A DNA stretch of 64,000 nucleotides from Bacteroidota bacterium (GTDB lineage: Bacteria; Bacteroidota; Bacteroidia; Flavobacteriales; Flavobacteriaceae), in contig CANKZE010000001.1 of assembly GCA_947488545.1 (NCBI GenBank), forward strand, positions 17,054 to 81,053, written 5' to 3'. Shown here in pieces: positions 46,596 through 57,440 of this stretch; the first letter of the stretch is position 1, and the number at the start of each line of letters is the position of its first letter. Under the pieces are notes generated by a model, which saw only the letters and a program-made list of their open reading frames with translations, ran no database searches and was not told the DNA's origin. Both the position numbers and the translations under genes were made by a program.

Positions 46596-47980
46596 TAATC
46601 AATTTCTTCTTTTTCTTTATTATTAGTAATAAAAAGTGTCAAAATTCCACCTATTATTAGGAAAAAACCGCCTAACAAAACTACATTAACTGGATTTTTA
46701 CCCAATAAATCAAAAACAAAATATTGCATTGTGAAAATTTGAATAATCATTGGTATAACAATAAACATATTGAAGATACCCATGTAAACACCAATTTTTC
46801 CCTTTGGAATTGAGCCAGCTAATAATTGATAAGGCATTGCCAACATTGACGCCCATGCAATACCTAATCCAAAAGAATAAAGATAAATTGTACTTAAATG
46901 AATGGGTTCTCCAAATGGGTTCCATAACATACAAATAATTGATGTTTGATTTAAATATGGAATAGCTAGCAATCCAATTCCGCCTAAGGTTAAGGCAATA
47001 AAGTGAACTATTTTAGCACCTAATTTATTTGCTAAAGGAATTAATGCAAAAGCAGATAAAAAACAAATAATATTATAGGTTCCGTTCAAATTTCCGGTTA
47101 GCATTTGCGCTTTATTATAACCTATAGATGTTGCGTCTGAGGTATTGAAAAGCGAGACAGACAAGGCTCCAGTAATATATTGCCAATAACAAAACATTGC
47201 ATACCAAGTAAAAAACTTTACGGGTATTAATTGTTTCATAGTTAATGGCATTTCCTTAAAGGCTATTTTTATATCATTGAAAATTCGGAGAAAAACATTT
47301 CCTTTTGCCTTTTCAATTTGCATTACTTGAAGTTCTTCGTCGGTTGGAGGAAATTCTGTAGTAGTCAATACAGTAATTAATATTGAAACAATTGCGGCAA
47401 AAGAGCCAATAAAAAATGCCCAATAAGTATAGGTAGGAATTCCATTGCTCATTTTATCTGTAATGGCTAAAAAACCAAAAGACACTAAAATTGCAGGCGT
47501 AAAATTGGACAATGTGCTTCCTAAACCAGTGAAAAAACTTTGCATTAAAAACCCAATTGAGTATTGCTTGCTTGGTAATTTATCTGCAACAAAAGCTCTG
47601 TAAGGTTCCATCGCAATATTATTTGCAGCGTCTAAAATCCATAGCAAACTCGCTGCCATAAAAATGGAGCTTGAAAAAGGCATAGCAATTAATGCCACAC
47701 TAGATATTAAGGCTCCAATAAGAAAAAATGGTTTTCTTCTTCCAAATTTTGGCGACCATGTTCCGTCACTTATTGCTCCGATAATAGGCTGAATTACTAA
47801 ACCTGTTATTGGACCAGCAAGCCACAACATTGGCAAACTTGCCTCATCGGCTCCTAAATATTTATAGATGGCGCTCATATTACTTTGTTGCAAACCAAAA
47901 CTAAATTGGATTCCAAAAAATCCGAAATTCATGTTCCAAATTTGCCAAAAATTGAGCTTAACCTTTTTGAAGTTTGTCAT
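46595..47980 (-). CDS. MFS/GPH disaccharide transporter (sucrose/maltose-type)
   Basis: WNMNFGFFGIQF, LWLAGPITGLVIQPIIG, GRRKPF, MEPYRAFVAD, GVYMGIFNMFIVIP. Confidence 0.9.
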   Translation of the reverse strand: MTNFKKVKLNFWQIWNMNFGFFGIQFSFGLQQSNMSAIYKYLGADEASLPMLWLAGPITGLVIQPIIGAISDGTWSPKFGRRKPFFLIGALISSVALIAMPFSSSIFMAASLLWILDAANNIAMEPYRAFVADKLPSKQYSIGFLMQSFFTGLGSTLSNFTPAILVSFGFLAITDKMSNGIPTYTYWAFFIGSFAAIVSILITVLTTTEFPPTDEELQVMQIEKAKGNVFLRIFNDIKIAFKEMPLTMKQLIPVKFFTWYAMFCYWQYITGALSVSLFNTSDATSIGYNKAQMLTGNLNGTYNIICFLSAFALIPLANKLGAKIVHFIALTLGGIGLLAIPYLNQTSIICMLWNPFGEPIHLSTIYLYSFGLGIAWASMLAMPYQLLAGSIPKGKIGVYMGIFNMFIVIPMIIQIFTMQYFVFDLLGKNPVNVVLLGGFFLIIGGILTLFITNNKEKEEID

Positions 47981-48336
47981 TTTGTTACTTTAATTAAAAA
48001 TTCTTGAAAATCGGCATTGTTAGTAAATATTTCTCCATATTTATCTACAACCGGAATTCCAAGATTATTGGTGCTAATATTAGCTTTTCTCAATTTATTT
48101 AGCATTTCTGAAAGTGCTGCTTTATCGGTATCAATGTCATAGAAAACAAAATCTAATTTACTTTCTATCAATTTTTGTTTGGTTGCAACACAAAAATGAC
48201 AATCGGCACTTCCGTAAACATAGATTACCTTCGTTGTTTTTTCTTTTGGTTTGTCGTTATTTAAATGCGTTTGAGCAACCAAATTAACTTGATTAAAAAA
48301 CATAAAAAAGAATAACAAAAAATAAAATTTTCTCAT
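47977..48336 (-). CDS. Secreted glutaredoxin-like (CxxC) protein
   Basis: Signal peptide, VYGSADCHFC, cis-Pro-like IPVV. Confidence 0.75.
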   Translation of the reverse strand: MRKFYFLLFFFMFFNQVNLVAQTHLNNDKPKEKTTKVIYVYGSADCHFCVATKQKLIESKLDFVFYDIDTDKAALSEMLNKLRKANISTNNLGIPVVDKYGEIFTNNADFQEFLIKVTK

Positions 48337-48413
48337 ATTAAAATATATTAAAAACAATTCCCATACTATAAAAGTACAGGAATTGTTCTAACAAAAACAA
48401 AAATGAAATTTAA

Positions 48414-50837
48414 TTAAAATTTATAAGACAAAGCCATAGAAATAGATCTTCCTGGGAATGGTCTTGCTCTTAAATAATTTACTGTATTCTCTGTTATACT
48501 TCCTTCTTCTACTTCAGTAATTGCTAAAGTATCTAGTAAGTTATTTCCAGAAATGTTTAGTGATAAACCTTTAGTAATTCCTAATTCAACAAATCCGTTG
48601 ATTAATACAAAACCATTCATTACTAATTGGTTGCTATCTTGAGCAAATGCTTGAGTTTGACCCATGAAGCTTAAACCAGCAGAATTAGTTTTTGAGAATT
48701 TATATGAAGGAATTAAATTATACATTAATTTAGGTTGTCTTCTAGGTGCATTTCCAGCATTAGAACCTGAAGTAATTTCCGCTTTAGTGTAAGTGAAACT
48801 TCCACGTAAATCAACATTGTTACTTACATTATAAGCTGATTCAACTTCCAAACCTAAAGATTTGTAATTGTTTTGAGTCAACATAGATGGATTTGTAGCT
48901 TCAAAACCTGATTGTTCGTCAGTTTTAGCATAGAAAAAAGTTCCATAAACATAACCTCGTGAAAATTTATGTTTGTAACCTAATTCCGCTTGTGATAAGT
49001 AATCTAAAGAATTAATTAAATCTCCATCTAAATAAGAAGCTGCTGGTCTTTCAAATAATACACGATCTGCTTTTGCAGAAGCACCTCTACTATATCTTGC
49101 AAAAAATGATTGTGAGTTATTCAAGGCATAATTAGCTCCAACAGAATATGAAAAATAATTGTAATCGTAGTTTACAGCAGTTGTATTTGCAGTATTTATA
49201 GAAGAAACACTAGTTTCTGGAGCACTAATAATTCCGTCGTTATTAATGTCTATTGCAGATTGTGAGCTACCTGCAAATGAACCTGTTACTTTCCCCAAAT
49301 CGTGACGAATTCCACCTTCTATAGAAAGTTGGTCGTTAGCTTCAAATGATACATTCAAGTAAGGAGCAGATACATTATATTGTGTATCATAGTTTCTTGT
49401 ACAGCAATTTCCCCAAGCAGGAACTCCATAAGCATAAAGTCCATTTTGAGATAATAAATTTCCAGCTCCGTTTCTAACATTAATTAAACGAGCATTATTG
49501 TCTGAAACTTCTTGTAAATAAGAATTCCACATCCAAGACATTGAAATATTTTGGATAGATTTAAAGTATCCCGCAGTTATAGCAACTTTATCGAAATTTT
49601 TTGAAAATTTTAAATCATTCATGAAGTTGTTGAAGTCATTTAATTGAGTATCAAACATGTGGATTCTTGCCACTAGACCATTTGGATTGTTGAATGCAGT
49701 TCCAGTATTTGCAAATGACAAAGTAGATCCTGCACCAAATGAACTTGCAATTGAAGCTGCTGTTCCTACTTCTGAAGGGAACGGAGAAATAAATCCCCCT
49801 GAATTAGCTGTAAATCTTCCGTTTTCAGTAATTTTCCAACCATCTTCTAACTCGAAAGTGGCATTAATTCCGATAGCTTTTGAAACTGGGTTCATTCCGT
49901 CAGCAACTTTACCTCTTCTAAGTTGACCATCAGGACCAATTCCTACATTGTGTGATAAAAATACAGTTTGTAACGCTCCTCTTGTAGCATTAAAACCTGA
50001 AATACTTCCCCAGTTTGGATTAGCATTAGTTCCAGATACTTGAACTGGCATTGGCATATAAGCCGCGGCTCTATCATCTAAAAATTTAGCATAAACAGTT
50101 ACGCTTCCTTTATCAAACTCTTTTGTAAGATTAAATTTAGCTTGACCACCATTGTTTGCTGTAAAACCAGCTTGTCTAACTCCTTCACCAGATCTATAGA
50201 AACCACCAGCATGGAAATACAATCCATCACCAATTTTTGCTCCATAATCTATGTCAGTTCTAAAATTATTGTAATCAAGACCAAAGCTAGTACTCATAGA
50301 ACCACCTTCAACTTTTCCAGTTTTACTAATAAAGTTAATAATACCTCCTGGAGAATTAGAAGATAATATAGAAGCTGAACCTCCACGAATTGCTTCGACT
50401 TTGGCTACATTTCCATCAAATCTTGTAAAGATATCTGCTGTTGCAAATGCAATATCTCCAAATAAAAGAACTGGAAGTCCGTCTTCTTGAATTTGTAAAT
50501 ATTTAGATCCACCTGAAGAAATTGGCACACCACGAACAGCGATGTTAGCATTTCCTTCTCCACCTGTAGATTCTGAACGGATACCTGGGATACTTCTAAA
50601 AATTTCCGCAGTAGATCTTGGTGCCGATTGTTCAATTTGTTTAACTCCTAGAGTAGTAATTGAAACACTCGATTTAATTTTGGTTTTAGGATTTACAACA
50701 CCCGTAACAAAAACTTCTTCAAGAGCATTTGTTTTGGTAGAATCCGCAACCACTTTAGCATTTTGTGAAAACATTGAATTGGCGAACATAATTGCCGACA
50801 ATAATCCAAACCTTTTCAGTAAAGTAATTCTTTTCAT
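48414..50837 (-). CDS. TonB-dependent receptor (non-SusC type)
   Basis: TonB-box-like LEEVFVTG, plug IPGIRSE...VEAIRGGSAS, C-terminal YKF; lacks SusC signatures. Confidence 0.92.
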   Translation of the reverse strand: MKRITLLKRFGLLSAIMFANSMFSQNAKVVADSTKTNALEEVFVTGVVNPKTKIKSSVSITTLGVKQIEQSAPRSTAEIFRSIPGIRSESTGGEGNANIAVRGVPISSGGSKYLQIQEDGLPVLLFGDIAFATADIFTRFDGNVAKVEAIRGGSASILSSNSPGGIINFISKTGKVEGGSMSTSFGLDYNNFRTDIDYGAKIGDGLYFHAGGFYRSGEGVRQAGFTANNGGQAKFNLTKEFDKGSVTVYAKFLDDRAAAYMPMPVQVSGTNANPNWGSISGFNATRGALQTVFLSHNVGIGPDGQLRRGKVADGMNPVSKAIGINATFELEDGWKITENGRFTANSGGFISPFPSEVGTAASIASSFGAGSTLSFANTGTAFNNPNGLVARIHMFDTQLNDFNNFMNDLKFSKNFDKVAITAGYFKSIQNISMSWMWNSYLQEVSDNNARLINVRNGAGNLLSQNGLYAYGVPAWGNCCTRNYDTQYNVSAPYLNVSFEANDQLSIEGGIRHDLGKVTGSFAGSSQSAIDINNDGIISAPETSVSSINTANTTAVNYDYNYFSYSVGANYALNNSQSFFARYSRGASAKADRVLFERPAASYLDGDLINSLDYLSQAELGYKHKFSRGYVYGTFFYAKTDEQSGFEATNPSMLTQNNYKSLGLEVESAYNVSNNVDLRGSFTYTKAEITSGSNAGNAPRRQPKLMYNLIPSYKFSKTNSAGLSFMGQTQAFAQDSNQLVMNGFVLINGFVELGITKGLSLNISGNNLLDTLAITEVEEGSITENTVNYLRARPFPGRSISMALSYKF

Positions 50838-50916
50838 AGTTTAAAATTATAAGATTAATAATTTATTGTTAATAGTATTACGAAATTAATTTTTATTTGA
50901 ACTTATTTTTATGAAT

Positions 50917-50960
50917 TTAAATCGAAAACGTTTTCGATTTAACCGAAAACGTTTTCGATT
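50917..50960. promoter_or_regulatory. Tandem LacI-type operators
   Basis: Two CGAAAACGTTTTCG palindromes (50923-50936 and 50944-50957) 21 bp apart; the first extends to a perfect 26-bp palindrome; they lie between the divergent TBDR and LacI genes. Confidence 0.85.
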
Positions 50961-50993
50961 TATTATTAATATTTTTTTATGATATTTGTAATT

Positions 50994-52019
50994 ATGAAAG
51001 AAGCCACTTTAAAACAAATTGCAGAAACTTTAGGGATTTCGATTACCACCGTTTCGAAAGCCTTGAAGAATTATTCCGATGTCAGCCCAAACACAAAAAA
51101 AAGAGTTAATGAACTTGCAATAGAGCTTCAATATACTCCAAATAGTTTTGCAGTAAATTTAAGGACAAAAGAGTCTAAAACAATAGGTATGATAATTCCT
51201 GAAGTAGTTCATCACTTTTTTTCAAATGTGGTTAACGGAATTATTGCCGAGGCTGAAAAAAATGGTTATCTAGTGATTATCCTTCAATCAAACGAGTCTT
51301 TAGAATTAGAAAAAAAACAAGTTGAATTGTTAATCAATAAAAGAGTCGATGGAATTATAATGTCGCTTTCAAATGAATCTAATGATGACGAACATTTAAA
51401 AGAAATTATTCGAAGAAAAATCCCATTTGTACAATTTGATAAAATTTCGAAATTAATTCCAAGCTCAAAAGTAATTATAAACGATCAAAAGGCAGCTACG
51501 GAGGCGGTACAACATTTAATTGATAATGGTTGTAAGAAAATAGCTCATATTCGAGGACCTGTGAATCCTCAAAACGCCATTGATCGGTTTATAGGTTACA
51601 AAAAAGCATTAGAAAAAAATGATATCCCATTTGATCCAAGTTTAATTTATACCTGCGAAAATGTAACTTTTGAGGAAGGATTAATTTTTGGAAAGAAAAT
51701 TTTGGAAGACCATCCTGATGTAGATGGTATTTTTGTGATTACTGATTTAGTGGCTGTTGGAGTATTAACTTATTTCAATGAAAAGAAAATAAATGTGCCA
51801 AAAGACATTGCAGTCATTGGTTTTAGCAATTGGTTTATGTCGAAAGTTATTACTCCAAGATTAAGCAGCGTGGACCAACCTAGTTATGAAATGGGAATTG
51901 TATCTTTTAATTTACTAATGGAAGAAATGCAATGTAGAAAGGAAGATATTCCATTTAGTCCTAAAATAATCGAATTAAAAACTCAAATAATTCCTAGAGA
52001 ATCAAGCATAAAAAATTAA
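50994..52019 (+). CDS. LacI family transcriptional regulator
   Basis: TLKQIAETLGISITTVSKAL HTH, YTPN, VPKDIAVIGF. Confidence 0.95.
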   Translation: MKEATLKQIAETLGISITTVSKALKNYSDVSPNTKKRVNELAIELQYTPNSFAVNLRTKESKTIGMIIPEVVHHFFSNVVNGIIAEAEKNGYLVIILQSNESLELEKKQVELLINKRVDGIIMSLSNESNDDEHLKEIIRRKIPFVQFDKISKLIPSSKVIINDQKAATEAVQHLIDNGCKKIAHIRGPVNPQNAIDRFIGYKKALEKNDIPFDPSLIYTCENVTFEEGLIFGKKILEDHPDVDGIFVITDLVAVGVLTYFNEKKINVPKDIAVIGFSNWFMSKVITPRLSSVDQPSYEMGIVSFNLLMEEMQCRKEDIPFSPKIIELKTQIIPRESSIKN

Positions 52020-52097
52020 TAATTTTCCCAATTTTAATTTGCTAAATTGTAACTTTGTCTTTTTATTCTGACTTTACAATCTCTACACATTTTTATA

Positions 52098-52580
52098 ATG
52101 AAAATATTAATTGCAGCGACTTCTTTAAATAATGCTCTTGGAAAAGACAATAAAATTATTTGGCATTTGCCAGATGATTTTAAGCGTTTCAAGGAACTCA
52201 CTTCGGGGCATTATATCATAATGGGTAGAAAAACCTTTGAGAGCTTTCCAAAACCATTGCCAAATAGAACTCACGTAGTAATTACGAGACAAAAAAATTA
52301 CAATCCCGATGGTTGTATTGTAGTTAATAGTATTGAAGAGGCCTTTGCAATTTGCCCAAAAAATGAAGATTCCTTTTTAATTGGTGGTGCAGAAATTTAC
52401 GAGTTAGGACTTCCTTATGTCGATAAAATTGAGCTTACACTGATTAACGATAACTTTGAAGCAGATGCGTTTTTAACTAAAATTGATTTTTCAAAATGGG
52501 AATTAATACAGGAAGAATTTCATCCTAAAGATGAAAAACACGCACACGAATTTAGCTTTCAAACCTACCTTAAAAGATAA
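52098..52580 (+). CDS. folA: Dihydrofolate reductase
   Basis: WHLPDDFKRFK, IMGRKTFES, LPNR, IGGAEIY. Confidence 0.96.
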   Translation: MKILIAATSLNNALGKDNKIIWHLPDDFKRFKELTSGHYIIMGRKTFESFPKPLPNRTHVVITRQKNYNPDGCIVVNSIEEAFAICPKNEDSFLIGGAEIYELGLPYVDKIELTLINDNFEADAFLTKIDFSKWELIQEEFHPKDEKHAHEFSFQTYLKR

Positions 52581-52614
52581 TTAAATACTTACCTTTGCCC
52601 CAAAATAATTACTA

Positions 52615-53346
52615 ATGTCTAAGAATATTACCCCGTATAAAGATTCAGAATTAGGTAAAAAAGAGCAAGTTGCACAAATGTTTGATACCATTTCCGGAAA
52701 TTATGATGGATTGAATCGTGTTATTTCTTTTGGGATTGACATCAAATGGCGTAAAAAAGTATTGAAATTGGTTTCTGATAAAAATCCGAAAACTGTTTTA
52801 GATATTGCAACAGGTACAGGAGATTTGGCAATTTTGATGACCAATACAAGTGCTGAAAAAATTATTGGTTTGGATATTTCTGCAGGAATGTTAGAAGTAG
52901 GAAGAAATAAAATTAAAGCAAAAAATCTATCTGATAAAATAGAAATGATTTTAGCCGATTCCGAAAATATGCCTTTTGAAGACAATACTTTCGACGCAAT
53001 CACGGTAGCATTTGGCGTTAGAAATTTCGAAAATCTTGAAAAAGGATTAGCAGAAATACTACGTGTTTTAAAGCCTAACGGGATATTTGTAATTTTAGAA
53101 ACTTCCGTTCCTGATAAAACTCCGTACAAACAAGGTTATACTTTTTATTCAAAAAATATTCTTCCTTTAATTGGAAAACTATTCTCAAAAGACAATTCAG
53201 CGTATCAATATTTATCAGAATCCGCCTCCGTTTTCCCTTATGGTGAAGCTTTGAACAATATTTTGAGAAAAATTGGGTTTATAGAAGTGAAATCTATGCC
53301 GCAAACATTTGGAGTTGCAGCCATTTATTCTGCTTCAAAAAAATAA
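52615..53346 (+). CDS. menG: Demethylmenaquinone methyltransferase (UbiE/MenG)
   Basis: [29 protein letters not shown]. Confidence 0.93.
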   Translation: MSKNITPYKDSELGKKEQVAQMFDTISGNYDGLNRVISFGIDIKWRKKVLKLVSDKNPKTVLDIATGTGDLAILMTNTSAEKIIGLDISAGMLEVGRNKIKAKNLSDKIEMILADSENMPFEDNTFDAITVAFGVRNFENLEKGLAEILRVLKPNGIFVILETSVPDKTPYKQGYTFYSKNILPLIGKLFSKDNSAYQYLSESASVFPYGEALNNILRKIGFIEVKSMPQTFGVAAIYSASKK

Positions 53347-53360
53347 TTTGGAATCATAAA

Positions 53361-54065
53361 ATGAAAAAATTAATAATCTTATTATTAGTACTATTTTCAA
53401 GTTTTGGATTTTCCCAAACCAAGGGAATGTTCAGTTATGATCCGTTATTAAACCTTGAAAATTTTGATAAAGCAAATGTATATTGGGGTTATTTTTTAGG
53501 TTTTAATTCTTATGGTTTCAAAATCGATTATAAAAGTTACCAAATGGTAGATGTTCAGGTGGAAAGTACCTCCGGATTTAATGTTGGTCTTGTAGGTGAT
53601 CTTAGGCTTCATGAATATATAAATTTACGCTTTGAACCTGGTTTATATTACACGCAAAGAAATTTAATGTTTCCAAACTTTACTAACCAATTGGATGCCT
53701 ACAGAGAGGTAAAATCAACTTATATTCATTTGCCTTTATTGCTTAAATTCTCAGCATTAAGAACCGGGAATGTACGTCCGTATTTAACAGCTGGGTTATC
53801 TAGAACTTTAAATTTAGGAAGTAATTCCAATTCTACAGATGATAATTTGCAACAGCGATTTAGAGTAAAATCTTGGACTTCAAATTATGAATTAGGATTT
53901 GGAGTGGATTTGTATTTTGAATATTTTAAATTTTCTCCTTCAATTAGAGGGGTTTTCGGATTGGAAGATGAGTTAATTCGAGACAACGACCCAAACAGCC
54001 CTTGGACATCGAATATTGAATCGATGAAAACTAGGGCAATTATTATTAATTTCACTTTTCACTAA
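53361..54065 (+). CDS. porT: Type IX secretion / gliding protein PorT/SprT
   Basis: WGYFLGFN, GFNVGLVGDL, LRFEPG, YFKFSPSIRG; menG-porT-trmH context. Confidence 0.85.
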   Translation: MKKLIILLLVLFSSFGFSQTKGMFSYDPLLNLENFDKANVYWGYFLGFNSYGFKIDYKSYQMVDVQVESTSGFNVGLVGDLRLHEYINLRFEPGLYYTQRNLMFPNFTNQLDAYREVKSTYIHLPLLLKFSALRTGNVRPYLTAGLSRTLNLGSNSNSTDDNLQQRFRVKSWTSNYELGFGVDLYFEYFKFSPSIRGVFGLEDELIRDNDPNSPWTSNIESMKTRAIIINFTFH

Positions 54066-54072
54066 AGTAAAA

Positions 54073-54795
54073 TTACTTTCTAAATTCACTTAAAATAATT
54101 GCGGTTGCAGAAGCTACATTTAAGCTTTCTGTGAGTTGTAAATCTCCAAATCGAGGAATTGTCAATCTATTTTTAATGCTATTTTCAATTTCTGAAGAAA
54201 TTCCATTGGCTTCATTTCCCATAATTACAATAGCCTCATTCGGAAGATTTTCCTTATAAACATTGGATCCATCCATAAAAGTACCAAAAATAGGTAAGGA
54301 AGAATTTTTTAGAAATAATTTCAAATTCACATAACTCACATTAACTCTTGAAATGGAACCCATAGTCGCTTGAACTACTTTTGGATTGTACAAATCTACG
54401 GTTTGCTCCGAGCAAATTACTTGGGAAATACCAAACCAATCGCACAATCTTAATATGGTTCCTAGATTTCCCGGATCGCGAATGTCATCTAAAGCTAAAA
54501 TTAAACCTTTTTCAATTATTGGCGTTGCGAGAGGTATTTTAAAAACCGCCAAACAGTTATTTGGAGTTGATAATGCACTTATTTTCTTTAAATCAGATTC
54601 AGATACAATTGATTTTAATGTTGGATTAACCTCATCAAATAAAGGTTCGGTGCAATACAAATGTTCTAATATAAAGTTGGATTTCAATAATTCCTGAATT
54701 ACTTTTACACCTTCAGCAATGAATAATTGATTTGCAATTCTATTTTTTTTTAGATGCAAACTCGATATAAACTTTATTTGGTTTTTACTAACCAT
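54073..54795 (-). CDS. TrmH/SpoU family RNA methyltransferase
   Basis: DPGNLGTILR, MGNEANG, ESLNVA; start MVSKNQ at 54795. Confidence 0.92.
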   Translation of the reverse strand: MVSKNQIKFISSLHLKKNRIANQLFIAEGVKVIQELLKSNFILEHLYCTEPLFDEVNPTLKSIVSESDLKKISALSTPNNCLAVFKIPLATPIIEKGLILALDDIRDPGNLGTILRLCDWFGISQVICSEQTVDLYNPKVVQATMGSISRVNVSYVNLKLFLKNSSLPIFGTFMDGSNVYKENLPNEAIVIMGNEANGISSEIENSIKNRLTIPRFGDLQLTESLNVASATAIILSEFRK

Positions 54796-54833
54796 AGAAA
54801 TAATGTACTTTTGAATTAAATATTTCACATCCT

Positions 54834-57389
54834 TTGAGAAACCAGACTACAAAAATATCATTATTTATTCTAATTGCAGTAATTATCTCTGCTTGTAATT
54901 CTTTGCGAAGAGTTCCTAATGGGAAACTGCTACTTACTAAGAATGAGATTTTAGTTGATGGGAAGAAAGAAAGCAATGAGGATGTAACCAATCAATTGTA
55001 TCAAAAGCCAAATAGCTCATTGCTAGGTTATCGCTTAAGATTGAATATTTTTAACTTGGCGTCACCAAATCCTGATTCCATTTATAAGGCAAAATTTATA
55101 AAAAATCCCGAAAAATACACTGCGATGGCTAAATGGCTTTCGAAAAAACAAGTGGATCGTTTGGGCAAATCCTTTTATTATTCGGGAATACATAGTTTTC
55201 TAAAAAAAACAGGAGAAGCGCCTGTGATTTTAGATCAGAAAAGTACCGATCGTTCCCTTTCAAGATTGCAGTCCTACTATTTTGACAAAGGATATTTTAA
55301 TCTTAAAGGAGAATATAAAATTGATAGCATTAGTAATAAAAAAGCATTTGTAAAATACAACCTTACCAAAGGGAAACCCTTTATTTTAGACACCATAAAT
55401 ATAAATATTAAAACTCCTGTTTTGGATTCGTTGTACAAAACTAATAAAGAGTTGGCCTTTTTAAAATCAGGGAAACAATATAACAAATTTGATTTTGATG
55501 CTGAAAGAAATAGGATTACTGCTCATTTTAGAAATAATGGCGCGTACTATTTTCAACAAAATTATATTAATTATTCTATAGATACATTAAATTCTAATAG
55601 TAAAGCAAATATTGATCTAAATATTGAAAATCAAGCAATTAGAGTTGGTGATTCTACCAAAATAATGCCATTCAAATTGTATAAAATCAGTGACGTAAAT
55701 ATTTACACAGACAACCTGACATCAAAAACTAATTCCACTATTTTAGATAGTGTTTCCTATAATAATTTCAATTTATATAGTGCTTCTAAATTAAAATTCA
55801 GACCAAAAGCTATTACTGATGCCGTTTTTATTTCGAAAGGAAGTACATTTTCTGATACAAAAACTACTTTAACTTCAAGGTCTTTAGGTGGATTAAGGGT
55901 TTTCAACTATCCATTAATTCAATACTTAGTTGATCCAAAAGATGAAAATTCATTAATTGCAAATATCTATTTATCGCCGAGACCAAAATTAAGTTTTGGT
56001 TATGATTTTGACTTTACCCATTCAACAATTCAGGATATCGGTATAACAGCAAGTACAGCAGTTTCTATTAGAAATATTTTTCGAGGTGCCGAAACATTAG
56101 AAATATCTGCAAGAGGAAATATTGGTTCCTCAAAAGAAGTAGCAAAAATAAATAATAGTTTTTTCAATGTTTCAGAGTACGGTTTTGATATCAAACTACA
56201 TTTGCCAAGTGTTTTTTTTCCAATTAAAACAGAGAGAATAATTCCAAAAACGATGTTGCCATTCACCAGTCTGGCGGTTGGATATATCAAACAAGAAAAC
56301 ATCGGTTTAGACAAACAAAACTTTACAAGTTCACTTAATTATAATTGGAATCCAAGAGAAAGTGTAAAAGCTAGATTAGAGTTATTGAACATCCAATTTG
56401 TGAAAAATGTAAATACAAGTAACTACTTTAATATATACAAATCATCATATTACGTTTTAAATTCAATAGCTCAAAATGCAAGTTATGGAGTAAATCCAAA
56501 TTATTTTAACAGCAATCAAGAGTTGATAATTGATGGCGGTACAAATGGCTTTACTAACGATGTATTGGGTCAAAATCCAACAGTTATTCCAACACCAGAA
56601 GATTTCAAAACCATACGAAGTATAGAAGAAAGAAGAAGACGATTGACAGAAAATGATTTGATAGTTTCTACAAGTTACAATTATTCCGAGAATACAAAAA
56701 AAGATCAAAACGATAACGATTTTATGATTTTTAGAGGAAAAATTGAATCTGCTGGAAACTTATTATCATTACTTGCGAGAGCCTCAAAGCAATTAAATAA
56801 CCAAGAAAGTACAACTAAATTTTTTGAAGTGGAGTACTCTCAATATTTTAAAGTAGAAGGCGAATTTATTAAATTATGGGATTTACATAGAAAAAGAATT
56901 TTAGCTATTCGATCATTTGCTGGTGTTGCTATACCTTATGGAAATTCAAACAACATTCCTTTTTCACGAAGTTATTTTGCTGGAGGAACCAACGATAATA
57001 GAGCATGGCAATCCTATGGATTGGGACCTGGGGCGAGTGGAGGAATTAATGATTTTAATGAAGCAAATTTAAAATTGGCATTAAGTGCTGAACTTCGTTT
57101 TAATATAATTGGTCAATTGAATGGCGCCCTATTTGTTGATGCTGGAAATATTTGGAATGTTCTTGATAATGTTGAAGATGAAAAATATGTATTTAAAAAT
57201 TTAAATTCATTAAAAAACAGTGCTATTGGTTCTGGAATCGGATTCCGATATGATTTTAATTTTTTTATTGTACGAATGGATTTAGGATTTAAAACCTATA
57301 ATCCTGCAGAAGTAGAAGGTAGAAAATGGTTTAAAGATTATAATTTAGAAAAATCTGTAATAAATATTGGAATTAATTATCCATTCTAA
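54834..57389 (+). CDS. tamL: Omp85-family lipoprotein TamL
   Basis: Lipobox ISAC, POTRA region, YFAGGTNDNRAW, FVDAGNIW, C-terminal INYPF. Confidence 0.85.
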   Translation: MRNQTTKISLFILIAVIISACNSLRRVPNGKLLLTKNEILVDGKKESNEDVTNQLYQKPNSSLLGYRLRLNIFNLASPNPDSIYKAKFIKNPEKYTAMAKWLSKKQVDRLGKSFYYSGIHSFLKKTGEAPVILDQKSTDRSLSRLQSYYFDKGYFNLKGEYKIDSISNKKAFVKYNLTKGKPFILDTININIKTPVLDSLYKTNKELAFLKSGKQYNKFDFDAERNRITAHFRNNGAYYFQQNYINYSIDTLNSNSKANIDLNIENQAIRVGDSTKIMPFKLYKISDVNIYTDNLTSKTNSTILDSVSYNNFNLYSASKLKFRPKAITDAVFISKGSTFSDTKTTLTSRSLGGLRVFNYPLIQYLVDPKDENSLIANIYLSPRPKLSFGYDFDFTHSTIQDIGITASTAVSIRNIFRGAETLEISARGNIGSSKEVAKINNSFFNVSEYGFDIKLHLPSVFFPIKTERIIPKTMLPFTSLAVGYIKQENIGLDKQNFTSSLNYNWNPRESVKARLELLNIQFVKNVNTSNYFNIYKSSYYVLNSIAQNASYGVNPNYFNSNQELIIDGGTNGFTNDVLGQNPTVIPTPEDFKTIRSIEERRRRLTENDLIVSTSYNYSENTKKDQNDNDFMIFRGKIESAGNLLSLLARASKQLNNQESTTKFFEVEYSQYFKVEGEFIKLWDLHRKRILAIRSFAGVAIPYGNSNNIPFSRSYFAGGTNDNRAWQSYGLGPGASGGINDFNEANLKLALSAELRFNIIGQLNGALFVDAGNIWNVLDNVEDEKYVFKNLNSLKNSAIGSGIGFRYDFNFFIVRMDLGFKTYNPAEVEGRKWFKDYNLEKSVINIGINYPF

Positions 57390-57440
57390 TTTTATAAATT
57401 ATTAATTTTGCGAGCTAATAAATAATAAAACAACACATAA

